DNA of 63,965 nt, counting the filler, from Hausera hauseri (lineage: Eukaryota): NCBI GenBank assembly GCA_046269625.1. It is 12 parts of 12 records of this genome, joined end to end, with 100 filler letters (N's around TTAATTAATTAA, not from the genome) between each part and the next. Parts side by side here need not be neighbours in the genome. Positions count along the whole stretch, not along the records: positions 59,281 to 63,965 come from JBJURY010476353.1; 11 more parts are not named here. The stretch is one strand, 5' to 3'. The first letter of the stretch is position 1; the number at the start of each line of letters is the position of its first letter. Below, one piece after another: positions 63,501-63,965 of the stretch. The position numbers and the translations under genes are program-made. The notes beneath the pieces are model-generated. The model had not been told where the DNA came from. It worked only from the letters and a program-made list of their open reading frames with translations, and did not search any database.

Positions 63501-63965
63501 GCACAGAGACTTCAGTGCAATATACTTTTAAGTTTAAGCTGCAGTAGTTAAACATTGTGTAAGCTGGGACGACTCCTAAGCTGTGTCTGTTTGTATTAAA
63601 ATTTTGGGTACTTATAATTTTTGAGACAAGAAACAAAATTAGCCTTGTGGACAAATAGAATGCGTTAATTAATTTGTTTGGACAACTCTAATACACAGTT
63701 ACAAACGTCTGAGAATTTATAATAAAATCTAAGTTTTGCAGTAAGGAAAGAGTTTTTTGTAAACCACGAGAATTACAAACCTTGAGGTTGAATATTAAAA
63801 TAATAAACGTTTTGGCAACGAAACAAAAATGAGACCATTAGGTCTTTTAAAGTGATCATCTATCATGTCTGCTCAATTTCCCTCAAATATGCATACAACC
63901 TTCAATTGCAATAAAATGTTTGCTCCTTTGCCGAATTAATGTCCCAATATTAAGCGATTTAGTGT

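Overview
Eukaryotic (animal), AT-rich, transposon-dominated DNA. It is 12 unrelated contigs joined by eleven artificial 100-nt spacers (N44-TTAATTAATTAA-N44), so adjacency across spacers means nothing. Contents: (i) four decayed copies (contigs 1, 2, 5, 9) of one LTR retroelement family with a chuvirus-like class III fusion glycoprotein. Overlapping the copies gives LTR-PBS-gag(CCHC)-~1,150-aa unknown region-env-protease-RT, so env lies between gag and pol and was apparently in one ancestral polyprotein frame with gag. This is the best candidate for an undescribed system. (ii) A decayed Polinton/Maverick (packaging ATPase, integrase, minor and major capsid) with a TBP-like gene that the ORF track misses. 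(iii) Ordinary Ty3/gypsy, LINE, SINE, hAT, mariner and Helitron/Helentron-like remnants. (iv) Disrupted, apparently intron-poor copies of TTC26/IFT56, NEURL2 and RICTOR. (v) One intact and one degenerate tRNA-Lys(UUU). No CRISPR or rRNA was seen. All family assignments are by-eye motif recognition and manual translation, not database searches.
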